Shown here: piece by piece, positions 13,480-26,394 of the stretch
How the letters are laid out: the number at the start of each line of letters is the position of its first letter
Numbering within the stretch: position 1 is the first letter of the stretch
Origin: Octopus sinensis
Lineage: Eukaryota
DNA: 64,000 nt
Reading direction: 5' to 3'
Assembly (NCBI RefSeq): GCF_006345805.1
Contig: NC_043006.1
Coordinates: 83,204,001-83,268,000, forward strand
The notes under the pieces: model-generated
Seen by the model: the letters and a program-made list of their open reading frames with translations, nothing else
The model's database searches: none
What the model was told of the DNA's origin: nothing
Program-made: the position numbers and the translations under genes

Positions 13480-14387
13480 TATATATATATATATATATAT
13501 ATTTATACATATATATATAATGTATGAGTATATATATATATATATATAATTACTCATACATACGTACATAGATCTATTATATAAAATCCGTTCTGTCTGT
13601 CTGTCTGTGTCTTCTAGGATGTCGAGCATCCTCCATCCGATTGCGCTCAAATTTGATATGTAGATACCGCAGGGGAGAATGCAATCGATAAAGCCGTGAG
13701 AAATCGTTTTTCTTTGGAATAGAAAAAAGTCTACCTTTATTTCTTCTTTTGCTGGTGTCTCAAATTTAGGTTAAATTTATTGTTGCCAATAAATTTATCT
13801 GGTCCGATTATCGAAGTTAAGTAACGCCGTATCTGGTTTGTAATTAGATTGGCTATCGATTAAATCGACCCCAATACGCAACTGGTACTTAATTTATCGA
13901 CCTCAAAAGGATGAAAGGCAAAGTCGACCTCGGCGGAATTTGAACTCAGAACGTAGCGGCAGACGAAATACCGCTAAGGAAAGCTTTTCGCTCGGCGTGC
14001 TAACGTTTCTGCCAATTCCCCGCCTTACCTGATGATATAATATTTTTTTTTATTTTGGCACAAAACCAGAAATTTTGTAGTGGGCAAGTCGATTACACCA
14101 ATCCCAGATCTTGACTGGTATTTATTTCCTCCTCTCCGAAACGATGAAAGGCAAAGTTGACCTCCGTTGAATTTGTACTCAGATCATAAACCCTAGGCCT
14201 AAAATAATCCTTTTGGCTAAATGTATAATGCCTGGAATTTGGAGAGAAGGTGCTAGTTGATTATATCGACCCCAGAACTTGACTGGCACTTATTTTATCA
14301 ACTCCGTAAAGATGAAAAACAAAATTGACCTCCGTTAAATTTGTACAATGCTAGGCCTAAAATAATTAAAAAAAAACAATATTCTAT

Positions 14388-14587
14388 TATTTCGTTTTTG
14401 TATTTGGTTTGCAAGACTCTATGTGAATTCGTGTGTTGAAGTATAATTTACTCTGTCTGGGGAGAGTCATTCTCTTTTAGTGCCTTATAATTTAACACAC
14501 TCACCGGTTCGATTTCCACTCATTTACTTATTTATTCTTCTAAAATTTTCGGTACGTCTTACAATCTGTTCAATAGTCATTGACTCT
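14388..14587 (-). mobile_element. Solo diverged copy of fold-back family A (arm plus tail) with a degenerate HHR at 14540-14576
   Basis: Aligns by eye to 11066-11256. Core reads UUGAACA, with stem III AAUU and stem I CUA/UAG retained. Confidence 0.7.
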
Positions 14588-15275
14588 ATCCGTTATTAAT
14601 TTTATTAATAGCGAATTCCTTTCTTTTACAAAAAAAAAACACATACAAAACCTACAAAAATCATTAATAGTGCTCTACTTTGTGAAATTAACATAAAGCA
14701 AAGACTTTTGCGCAGCAGACAAAATATTCCAGTCTTGAATATCTGCCAGTTTCTATATTTTTTTATTTGTATTTATTTTTATTATTTTATTATGTTTTAT
14801 TATTTTTTTCTCTTTTTTATATATGACTGTTTGTAAAACTTCTACTCTACAACTAACTACCCTAGAATCGGTGTTCGAAAATAACTTTCAGAATACTAGT
14901 ACTACTAAACAGCATGTGTGTATTCTTGGGCAAGACAAGAGATTATTATTATTATACAATAGCTATCAGATAAAGATGAAACAAAGGCGACCACCTACAA
15001 CATTCCTTGCAATCTAATGCGTCATCGTTAATAATTCTTTTACACTAATGTCCGAAAGTTTCTGCGTAACTGCATCTGTCTTCGTATCAGATGATTATTG
15101 TACAACGATATATCGGACATTTGTATGTGTGATATACGAAATACAATATCACCAAAATATATAGACCCGATTCACACAAACATCTACCATCACACACAAA
15201 CATTTACATACATTCACATTCATACATACAGTTATCTATCTATCTATCCATCCATCGTCTCTCTCTTCTCTCTCT

Positions 15276-15344
<69 letters not shown>

Positions 15345-15345
15345 C

Positions 15346-15575
15346 TTTATTTAAAGGCAGCAGATATTTAACAAAACTGTTACTCGGAGTTTCATGTTCC
15401 CGTTCGTCGGACAGTATTTTTAAAAAATAAAACTGTCCGACGAACGGGAACGTGAAACTCCGAGTATCAGCTTTTGTTAAATTTCTGTTGCTTTTAAATA
15501 AACCATATTACTCTACCTCTGGTATTTGAGTACTCTTTTTTCCACCTTGTTTCACATTTATGTGTTTACTTCGGT
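15346..15575. mobile_element. Fold-back element family B, copy 1 (about 75-bp arms plus 73-nt tail), HHR in each arm
   Basis: Arms ~15346-15420 and ~15423-15502, tail CCATATTACTCTACC...TTTACTTCGGTA, flanked by (TA)n. Same structure as 30854-31080. Confidence 0.88.
15433..15470 (+). ncRNA. Minimal type I hammerhead, core CCGACGA (U4C); mirror copy on minus strand ~15377-15414
   Basis: Stem I CUGU/(A>U)CAG; stem II ACG-GGAA-CGU; GAA; stem III ACUC-C-GAGU; GUA cleavage triplet. Confidence 0.65.
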
Positions 15576-15930
15576 ATATATATATATATGTCTTATAAAC
15601 AAATATAGAAGCGTCGAGTGGATTGGTATTTTACCGAAAATAAGTAAATTTCATCTCGGGATAGCTGTGAAAACAACTTAGTACATTGGGTGTAGACCTC
15701 TAGAAGATGGAGAAAAAATTGGCGGCAGATGGTTAAAAAGAATTGAACCCTGTACCTCACAGGAGGTATGGTGTAGCCATCTGCTGGAAAATTTATATAT
15801 ATATATATAAATTTAATTTTAAAATGAGGGTGAGAAATTAGATATTAACTTAATTAACATCGATTTCACACCAGTGGTCTAGCATATAAAAAGACTGAAG
15901 GTTCATCAAAATTGTATTATATACATATTA

Positions 15931-16140
15931 GAGGGAAACCCCTATGTGGACACCCTTATGCTAGAAATAGATCCGCTATGGTCTTATCACTAAGAAATGT
16001 TCTCTAGAAAAATTTAGCAAAACAACCAAAACGTAATCGAGCAAGACAAAAGAAAAAGCAATAAAAATATGGATTTCTTAGTAGTAAGACCATAGCGGAT
16101 CTATTTCTATCATAAGGGTGTCCACATAGTGGTTTCCCTC
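15931..16140. repeat. 68-bp inverted repeat with a 74-bp spacer
   Basis: 15931-15998 is the near-perfect reverse complement of 16073-16140. Confidence 0.9.
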
Positions 16141-16144
16141 AAAC

Positions 16145-16247
<103 letters not shown>

Positions 16248-16253
16248 CATATA

Positions 16254-16286
<33 letters not shown>

Positions 16287-16379
16287 ATATGTATATTTGG
16301 TAGTGCAAACAGGATAAGTGCCAACGCATGAAGCTCTCGGCCCTTGGGTTGCATTCTAACTTCTACCAATTTCTACTTA

Positions 16380-17589
16380 CAGGGGCTGGACAAAATAATG
16401 GAAACACCTAACATCATAATTTTGAAATATTTATAAAACCGTCAAAAACTTGTCATTTTTTTAATCTTTTTTATTTATTATTAGTGTTGTTTAATACGCT
16501 TTGCTAAAATTGCTGTTTCTTGTCAGATATCATCGGAAAAATGTAATTAAAATTCATTAAAATGACAGAGCTATCGGTGCTCGTATGGCAGGCGCTACCG
16601 TAGCAAAAACAGCCGAAATGTTTGGTGTATCAAGAAGTACTGTCACGAAAGTGGTGACAGCCTTTGAGAAAGAGGGAAAAACTTCCTCGGCGAAACAAAA
16701 CTCTGAAAGAAAACCAAAACATTCAGATAGAGACCGTCTGACTCTTACGCGAATTGTTAGAAAGGATCGCAAATGTACAGCCCCCAAAATTACTGTAGAT
16801 CAAAAACTATTCGCCGGGAGCTGCTCAAAGCCGGATTTCACGGGAGGGCTGCAATCAGAAAACCACTACGTTTTAAAACAAACGTTGCAAAGCGTTTAGA
16901 GTGGAGCAAAAACCTACAGAATTAGTCCCTAAAGCAGTAGAAGAATGTTATTTTCTCGGACGAATCATCCTTTACCTTATTTCCGACCACCGGTCGAGTA
17001 TACGTGTGGAGACAGCCCAAAGAAACATTTGACCCAGATCGCCTTCTTCCAACTGTTAAACATGGAAGAGGATCTGTGATGATTTGGGGGACTATAACTT
17101 GGAAATCCGCCGACCCAACGGTTTCCCTTTGTGGAAGAATTAATAGTCAAGACTATTTAAGCATTTTATCTTACTAAATTCATCCTATGGTTGTGGAACT
17201 GTTTTTGGAGGGAAACGCAATCTTTCAGGATGATAATACACCAATTCACACAGCTAAAGTTGTTACTGAATGGCACGAGGAACATTCTAGTGAAGTTGAA
17301 CATCTCTTCAGGCCACCACAGTCCCCAGATTTCAATATTATTGAACATTTATGGTGCAGTTTAGAAAAACAAGTAAGGAGTCGATATCTCCCACCATCAT
17401 CACTACAAGAACTGGGGACTCTTTTAGCTGAAGAATGGACAAAAATTCCTTTGGAAACAATTCAAACTTTGTACGAGTCTATACCTCGTAAAATTGAAGC
17501 TGTAATTACTGCCAAAGGCAGTCCTACCCCATATTAAAATAAATTTGTTTGAAATTTTAAGGTATTTCCATTATTCTGTTCAACCCCTG
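16380..17589 (+). mobile_element. Tc1-family DNA transposon, full span, decayed transposase with DD36E spacing
   Basis: TIRs CAGGGGCTGGACAAAATAATGGAAACACCT and AGGTATTTCCATTATTCTGTTCAACCCCTG, TA TSD both sides. HTH region AKTAEMFGVSRSTV, FSDES, FQDDN...PQSPDFNIIE. Stops and a frameshifting deletion are present. Confidence 0.95.
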
Positions 17590-18152
17590 TATATATACTA
17601 TATACCCTATATTGAGATTGAGTACAAGAAATAGTCTAAAGCCAGAGCGTATAAATCATACATACATACAGCCTAATTAGTTCCTAGCGGTGTGTTTAAG
17701 CAGCTAAGATTTCAATATAGCCCAGTCCGTTTCAGGGTCAACTCACCAGCTGTCGCTGATACTGATTTTCAGCTGAGTGAAATGAAGTAACGTAAATAAA
17801 GCGGCTTGCTGAAGAACACAACGCACCACCCTATCCGAAAAGTCAAATTCGTGGAGGTACATGGCCTAGTGGTTAGAGCAGCGGAATCACGGTCGAGAGA
17901 TGGCGGGTTCGAATCTCAGACCGGGCAATGTGTGTGTTTATGAGCGAAACACCTAAGCTCCACGCGGCTCCGGCGAAAGGTAATGGCGAACTTCTGCTGA
18001 CTCTTTCGCCACAACTTTCTCTTACTCTTTCCTCCTGCATCTTGCAGCTCACCTGTGACGAACCAGCGTCCCATCCAGGTGGGGAACCTATACGCCAAGC
18101 AAACCGGGAAACCGGCCCTTATGAGCCAGGCGTGGCACGAGAAGGAACAGAC

Positions 18153-18229
<77 letters not shown>

Positions 18230-18545
18230 AGAGAGAGAGAGAGAGAGAGAGAGAGAATTTAGAAATTTTGAGGACGTGAAATAAATCTTTTTTAGGAATG
18301 ATATATCCAGAAGCAAAAGAAATCTATAGATAATGATTTCAAACTTTGGTTTAAGGCTAGCAATTTTGGGGGAAGTCGTAAGTTGATGACATCGACTCAA
18401 ATGTTCAACTGGTAATTGTCTTATCGACACCGAACGGATGAAAGGCAAAAATCGACCTCAGAGTACGAAACGTAAAGACGAACGAAATGTTCTGCCGGCT
18501 CAACTGCTTAGAGAAGCTATAAATAATAGATTGACAATGTCAAAT

Positions 18546-18615
18546 GTTACCCGTGGGACTCGAACCCGCATCTCCTATAAACATTAGAGACGTTCTACAA
18601 TGGGACCACAGAAAC
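18546..18615 (-). pseudogene. tRNA-like relic (tRNA pseudogene or SINE head)
   Basis: Minus strand has T-arm GCGGG-TTCGAGT-CCCAC, a partial acceptor stem and stem TCTCT/GGAGA, but a non-canonical 10-nt anticodon loop. Confidence 0.45.
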
Positions 18616-18654
18616 CAATCATATACGTATATATCACATACATACATATATATA

Positions 18655-18705
<51 letters not shown>

Positions 18706-18723
18706 ATATATATATATGTATTT

Positions 18724-18755
<32 letters not shown>

Positions 18756-18760
18756 GTACG

Positions 18761-18793
<33 letters not shown>

Positions 18794-19474
18794 GGAATAT
18801 ATGCTTGAATCTATACACCACATTAACATATACATGTATATGTTTTCATACTCACTCGCATTTATTCGCACAAACACATATGTATGTGTGTGTATGAGTG
18901 TGTGTGCGTATGTGTGTGAAAAAGGCATAGGCAGGCAATATATATATATAATATATATATATATACACACACACACACAGGTATGTATGTATGTATGTAT
19001 GTATGTATGTATGTATGTATGTATGTATGCATGCATGTATGTGTGTGTGAGCTGTGTGTAGGTGTAATAAATTCGTTTATTAGATGTCAGTGGGGATGTG
19101 GGAAGATTCCACACAGGGAATAGGTATGAAAATAAACTGAATAGATAAACAGAGGCTAATCGTAGAGGTGTATGGAGTTTGATTGGAGAAAAACCAGAAC
19201 AAGACTTACGGCAGGAGCATAATATTATGATGATAATTGTTTCAGCTATTGCTTGCATGATTCTATACACACATACACACATTCCAGCACCCATCACCTT
19301 GCAAACACGCGTACATTGACACATATACACACGCCGCGCGCGCACACACACACACACACGCACACACACATACACACACACACATATATATACATAAACA
19401 TACTCTGTCTACCAAGCTTTACCTAGTTTTATATATATATACGCGTGTGTGACTATATATATAACATATATATA

Positions 19475-19540
<66 letters not shown>

Positions 19541-19544
19541 AGAT

Positions 19545-19990
19545 TACTTCCTAACCACATGGTTCTGGATTCAGTCCCACTGCATGGCACCTTAGGCAAC
19601 TGTCTTTGGGCCGACCAAAGCCTAGTGAATGGATCTGATTGAGGGAAAGTGAAAGAGGCCCGTCATATGTGTGTCTGTGTATGTGCATCTCTGTGTGTGC
19701 GTGCGAGCGCGCGCGTGCATGTGTGTGTGTCTATCTGTCTTTTTGTACCTGTCTGTCTGTTTTCTGTATTTGTGTGTGTGTCTATGCTTGTCACCCCGCC
19801 ATCGCTTGACAACTGATGCTGGTGTGTTTATCTTACCGTAAATTAGCGGTTCGGCAAAAGAAATCCATGAAATAAGTGCTAGGCTTACAAACAATAAGTC
19901 CTGGGCTCAATTTCTTCGATTAAAATCCCTTAAGGTGGTGCCCCTGCTTAGCCGCAGTCAAATGACTGAAACAAGTAAAAGAATAAAAGA
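19545..19990 (+). mobile_element. Composite family C SINE with internal microsatellite
   Basis: Same head-microsatellite-tail order as 44387-44766 and 57101-57484. Confidence 0.75.
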
Positions 19991-20052
19991 ATAAATATAT
20001 ATATATATATATGCATGTCTGTGTGTATACATATTTCTATGTGTATACATAT

Positions 20053-20363
20053 TAGCTTTACGCTATGATGATATGTGAGAGTTCTTATTCAGTTTGCTCG
20101 TCCGCATACTGTTGTATCTGTTATTTTCAGTGTAATTTTTGGTCGTCCAAATGATGGTTTTAACTCTAATCTCTAGTGGGTAGATACTTCAATGTGACCT
20201 TTGATTAATATAATTTTCATTCTGTAGCTATATAACGCTGATTTAGGCCTGCAGCCACCTATATTAATATTGTTGTAATTATGGACTATTTTGTATTGAC
20301 TTTGATAATAATAACAATATTAATATCTATATAAATATTTAATTCTGAATATTTGTGCTGCTG

Positions 20364-20405
<42 letters not shown>

Positions 20406-20444
20406 ATACACATATATTCATACAGAGAGGGATACACATATATA

Positions 20445-20489
<45 letters not shown>

Positions 20490-20769
20490 AAAATAGTAAA
20501 GTGTGAAAAAACGACAGAAGGCTTAAATGTTAAAAAATATATATATTTGTGTCAAAATGTCTGGAGAATATTGGAAAATTTTTTTCCTTTCCTTAAAATG
20601 ACATAATTTTAAAAATTCATAAAGAAATTACCGGTTTCGCGTGTAGCTTTTCAAATTTCTTATGACGTTATGTTTATATTGCATGGAATTATCGTTGTTT
20701 TATTTCCAGGAGATTTCTAAATAAGGGGAGGTAGTGAGTGATTTTTTCCGGTGTAGGGGAGATAATCGC

Positions 20770-20806
<37 letters not shown>

Positions 20807-22674
20807 CCCTTTTTCCTTGTTATTTCTCTGTGTCAGTATGTTCGGATGGTTGAGTCTGGTTTGTACTTTTCAATGAAGAATGTTTCCTTGTTCAGTCTCA
20901 TTTGTGTTGATGATCCGAAAGCACATTGGTAAAATGGGAGATTAAAAATTGTGGCAGTAGTTGCTTTGCGCATTTCTCATGTGCTCACTAAAAGATATCA
21001 TTCTATATTCTGGGAATGCAATCTGTTGTCGATGCAGTGTGCATCTGCGCCTGAGTGATAGTCCCGTGGAACCCACGTAGTCTTGGTGGCAGCCCGAGCA
21101 TTTAATAACATAAATTATGTTTTCAGAGGCACAAGTAAAGTTAGATTTGATCTTAAATTTCTGTCCCTCTTTAAAGAAGAATTCTGATCCTTCCATAGGT
21201 TAGGACATGTTGCACAGTTCGATCTACCACATTTTTTACTTTTGCATCCGTAATTTTAGAAGACAATTTTGCCTTTGTGAGAATCTTTTTAAGTGATTTA
21301 GGCTGTTTTGTAGCTTTTAATGATTTGGTGTATGTTTAGAATTTCCTTTAATTTTGGGTTTTATGAAGTATTGGTAAATTCTGGGTGATGATGGTGAAGG
21401 CTTCTTTGTTTCTGGGGTTGTATGTAGATATGTAAGGTAGTATTTTCGGGAAGGTGTGTTGTTGTTTTGTTGAACTTTTCTTAAGTTTCTATGTTGATTT
21501 CTGTTGCACGTCTGATCCCATCCTCTATGAGTTGAGCTGGGTAATGTCTATCAATTAGGGTGTTTTTGAGTTCTTGCAGTCTAAAGTTCCTGGTATTTTG
21601 TTCTGACACTATTGTGCATATCCTTCTTGCAAGGTTGAAGGGGATGTTTGTTTTAGTGTGTCTTGGGTGGCATGAATTAAAAGAAGGTATTGTTTGGCGT
21701 CTGTGGCTTTGTAAAAAATGTCTGTTTCTATTTTAAGGTTAATTTTTTAATTAGTATATCCAAGAACGGGAGCTCCTTTTGGTTGTATTCCATTGTGAAC
21801 TGTATATTTGGGTTTATGCTGTTCAATAGGTTTTTAAATTTTAGGAGTTTATCTATGTTTTCATTCCAGAGAATGAAACAATCGTCTAGGAATCTTCCAA
21901 TTCTTTTTATGTATTGAGAGAGGGAGTTTCCAAAGATTGATAGAGATTCCTGGTAAATGATTATTTCCATGTATCCCATTGTTAAGTTCGCAATGACTGG
22001 TGCTGCCCTTGTACCCATAGCAATTCCGGATTTTTGACGGTAAAATGTATGTCAAACATGAAGTGGTTATTGTGTAGATGAATTCAATTGACTTAGTAAT
22101 GAATTCCTTACTGATCCTTTTTGGTATTTCTTCCGGAAATGGTCTAACCAGAATTGTATTGCCTCCAGTCCATAATTATGAGGTATACTGGTATACAAGT
22201 TGACTACATCAAATGAAACCAGGATTGTTTCTTCCTTGGTTTTTTTGGGAGGTGGGTTAACATATCTAAGTTATCTCTGATATGGCTATCGATATGTTAA
22301 GGAAGGGTTTCAAGAGGATGTCCATAAGTAGACTTAGTCTGTGTGTTTCACAGGTTGGGCCAGCTACAATGGGTCGTAGTTTTAGGTCCCCCGGATTAGG
22401 TGTGTGTATGTATGTCTTTGGTGATTTTTTAATGGTTTCATTTATAATTTGACTTTTATGAATTTTTGGCAGACCATAGAAAAGGCTAGGTTTGCATTTA
22501 AAGTTTGTTAGGAAATCAATCTCTTTGGTTGTCAGTTCCTTTTCATGGGTTTTAATTAGTGAAGATAGAGTTTTCATTATTTTTTGTGGGGTGTAGTTGG
22601 TAATTTTTTCATAATGTAGGTCTTCATCAAGCAAGGAAATTACAAGATTTCTGTAGTATGATGTATCCATTATT
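20053..22674 (-). mobile_element. Inverted, 5'-truncated copy of the Penelope-like element plus ~430 bp of its 3' flank
   Basis: Reverse complement of ~24057-26708. Minus ORFs give MDTSYYR...GLPKIHK...LRPIVAG, MGTRAAPVIANL and NIIYVIKCSGCHQDYVGSTG. Junction at 22671-22674 (TATT microhomology). Confidence 0.93.
20622..20661 (-). ncRNA. Minimal type I hammerhead (U3-A8 core) in the 3' UTR/pLTR of the inverted PLE copy
   Basis: Same 40 nt as 26086-26125. Stem I can extend here (CAU/AUG after a 1-nt bulge). Confidence 0.8.
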
Positions 22675-22679
22675 GGAAC

Positions 22680-25600
22680 ATGATAAAAAATTCCAACAAA
22701 GCAGATATCTACGAGGGATGGATAAACTCAACACCAATTATCCTCCCACGCAAATTCCAGATAAAATTAATTCCTAACGAGCCTGACGGACAGAGATCTA
22801 TTAGAGAAAAGTCAGCTCTGTTCAATTTTAAATCAGAAATAGAGCTTCTAAGACTCAGGGCCTCCACAAATGAAGAAAAACTTAAAAGCATAGACGAGGA
22901 GATGCACAGTCTAATACTAAAATATACCGAGGGACAACCCCTCGATAATACATTGGATCACTGGAAGGATTCCTGTGAGAGAGAAGAGAGAAATTCTCTC
23001 CTACGCTGGGAGAAAAACATGGACTTCTTCCAAAAATATAGTGAAACCTTCAAAAATGAATTGGGTTCAAATAATCCCTTCTTTAAGAAAATTACAATAA
23101 ATAAAAAAGAAAAACCTAACAACCCACGAACAACCCCCAACTATCCTCCATACACTAAAAACAGAAATCACCCACAACCAACCTTTACAAACCACGCTAG
23201 ACCTAACAGGGAACTAGCTGAAAGAGGACGCGTCTATGAAAGAAATTACACCAAAAACAGAACAAACCAACAACATCCTAATACCAGACCCAACCACCAT
23301 ACAGCACAATACGACACTAGGATAAGAAATACACACACACAAATCACTACTACCCCATGAACCAAAACTACTGGTCCCCACTAAACACAAGACAAACGCA
23401 AAGAAACACTATGTCAAGCAACATCCCACATACAAGAAGTTCGAAACAAAAATATTCCCCATACAGAATTTTACACACACCACAAGCATTAACAACCATA
23501 GATTCCCCACACACACAACGATCGGAGGCAACAATACCACCACTCCCCCGACCAAATACCACACAACCTCACAGACAACTCATACAAACAAAATTACACC
23601 CAACATTTTTTAGCCAGGGACCAGGGACACCAGGACACAGGCTGGAACCTAGTAATAAGGAAAAACCGAAGATAATCAATCTTTCAACCAAACCTCTTTC
23701 TAACATAAAAATTGACATCCTCGCAAAAGGGCTCAATTTACACCAACTCCACGCAGAGCAAACCTAAATGAACTCAAGGATAATATAACAGAATTGCAGC
23801 AGAAAATTAAGACTAGCAGAAGCATCAAACAGTTTCAATACTGAAGATGAATCACTAGTCAAGAACAAAAGTGAACACATCCCACACAGAGGAAGAAATA
23901 AAGATCTTGACGAATTCTGTAACCACATTGAGAACTTCCCCTACCATACTATACATAAACAGAAAGCTAACCCAAATTTTAACACTACACAATGGAAAGA
24001 ACTGATAGAACTCCAAAATGATGAAGATATAACCATTAAGGAAGCGGACAAGGGAAATGCAGTTGTAATAATGGATACATCATACTACAGAAATCTTGTA
24101 ATTTCCTTGCTTGATGAAGACCTACATTATGAAAAAATTACCAAATACCCCACAAAAAATAATGAAAACTCTATCTTCACTAATTAAAACCCATGAAAAG
24201 GAACTGACAACCAAAGAGATTGATTTCCTAACAAACTTTAAATGCAAACCTAGCCTTTTCTATGGTCTGCCAAAAATTCATAAAAGTCAAATTATAAATG
24301 AAACCATTAAAAAATCACCAAAGACATACACACACACCTAATCCGGGGGACCTAAAACTACGACCCATTGTAGCTGGCCCAACCTGTGAAACACACAGAC
24401 TAAGTCTACTTATGGACATCCTCTGAAACCCTTCCTTAAACATATCGATAGCCATATCAGAGATGACTTAGATATGTTAAACCACCTCCCAAAAAAAACC
24501 AAGGAAGAAACAATCCTGGTTTCATTTGATGTAGTCAACTTGTATACCAGTATACCTCATAATTATGGACTGGAGGCAATACAATTCTGGTTAGACCAAT
24601 TTCCGGAAGAAATACCAAAAAGGATCAGTAAGGAATTCATTACTAAATCAATTGAATTCATCCTACACAATAACCACTTCATGTTTGACAATACATTTTA
24701 CCGTCAAAAATCCGGAATTGCTATGGGTACAAGGGCAGCACCAGTCATTGCGAACTTAACAATGGGATACATGGAAATAATCATTTACCAGGAATCTCTA
24801 TCAATCTTTGGAAACTCCCTCTCTCAATACATAAAAGAGAATTGGAAACGATTCCTAGACGATTGTTCATTCTCTGGAATGAAAACATAGATAAACTCCT
24901 AAAATTTAAAAACCTATTGAACAGCATAAACCCAAATATACAGTTCACAATGGAATACAACCAAAAGGAGCTCCCGTTCTTGGATATACTAATTAAAAAA
25001 ATTAACCTTAAAATAGAAACAGACATTTTTTACAAAGCCACAGACGCCAAACAATACCTTCTTTTTAATTCATGCCACCCAAGACACACTAAAACAAACA
25101 TCCCCTTCAACCTTGCAAGAAGGATATGCACAATAGTGTCAGAACAAAATACCAGGAACTTTAGACTGCAAGAACTCAAAAACACCCTAATTGACAGACA
25201 TTACCCAGCTCAACTCATAGAGGATGGGATCAGACGTGCAACAGAAATCAACATAGAAACTTTAAGAAAAGTTCAACACAACAACACACCTTCCCCGAAA
25301 ATACTACCTTACATATCTACATACAACCCCAGAGAAACAAAGAAGCCTTCACCATCATCACCCAGAATTTACCAATACTTCATAAAAACCCAAAATTAAA
25401 GGAAATTCTAAACATACACAAATCATTAAAAGCTACAAACAGCCTAAATCACTTAAAAAGATTCTCACAAAGGCAAAATTGTCTTCTAAAATTACGGATG
25501 CAAAAGTAAAAAAATGTGGTAGATCGAACTGTGCAACATGTCCTAACCTATTGGAAGGATCAGAATTCTTCTTTAAAGAGGGACAGAAAGAAATCAAGAT

Positions 25601-25934
25601 CAAATCTAACTTTACTTGTGCCTCTGAAAACATAATTTATGTTATTAAATGCTCGGGCTGCCACCAAGACTACGTGGGTTCCACGGGACTATCACTCAGG
25701 CGCAGATGCACACTGCATCGACAACAGATTGCATTCCCAGAATATAGAATGATACCTTTTAGTGAGCACATTGAGAAATGCGCAAAGCAACTACTGCCAC
25801 AATTTTTAATCTTCCCATTTTACCAATGTGCTTTCGGATCATCAACACAAATGAGACTGAACAAGGAAACATTCTTCATTGAAAAGTACAAACCCAGACT
25901 CAACCATCCGAACATACTGACACAGAGAAATTAA
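22680..25934 (+). pseudogene. PLE RT/GIY-YIG endonuclease polyprotein (~1085 codons), interrupted by several short frameshifting indels
   Basis: Successive track ORFs 22680-23360, 23357-23767, 24111-24341, 24474-24890, 24842-25399 and 25479-25934 tile one protein. Several breaks are open in the inverted copy. Confidence 0.9.
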
Positions 25935-26085
25935 CAAGGAAAAAGGAAAAAAAAAAAAAAACAAAAAAATTTTTAAGCGATTATCTCCCCTACACCGGAA
26001 AAAATCACTCACTACCTCCCCTTATTTAGAAATCTCCTGGAAATAAAAACAACGATAATTCCATGCAATATAAACATAACGTCAC

Positions 26086-26125
26086 AAGAAATTTGAAAAG
26101 CTACACGCGAAACCGGTAATTTCTT
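26086..26125 (+). ncRNA. Minimal type I hammerhead ribozyme with compensated U3-A8 core, in the PLE 3' UTR
   Basis: Stem I AAGAAAU/AUUUCUU (7 bp); core UUGAAAA; stem II GC-UACAC-GC; GAA; palindromic stem III ACCGGU; GUA cleavage triplet (A17 = 26118). Confidence 0.82.
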
Positions 26126-26394
26126 TAAAAATTTTAAATTATGTCATTTTAAGGAAAGGAAAAAAAATTTTTCCAATATTCTCCAGACATTTTGACACAA
26201 ATATATATTTTTTTAACATTTAAGCCTTCTGTCGTTTTTTACACTTTACTATTTTCTTATATATTCACCCACGTGCTTACCAAAAAAAATTCTTATCTAT
26301 ATATATATATTATATATATGTGTGTATCCCTCTCGTATGAATAGATGTGTATATATCACACACACAACACAAATATATATATATATATATATAT

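Larger units (their letters stand above)
22675..26262 (+). mobile_element. Penelope-like retroelement, probably Neptune clade, near full length
   Basis: RT motifs IKEADKGNAVVIMD, GLPKIHK, LRPIVAG, SFDVVNLYTSIPH, QKSGIAMGTRAAP, WKRFLDD, LPFLDI; linker CGRSNCATC; GIY-YIG domain NIIYVIKC...DYVGSTG; HHR in the 3' UTR; ends in (TA)n. Confidence 0.95.
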
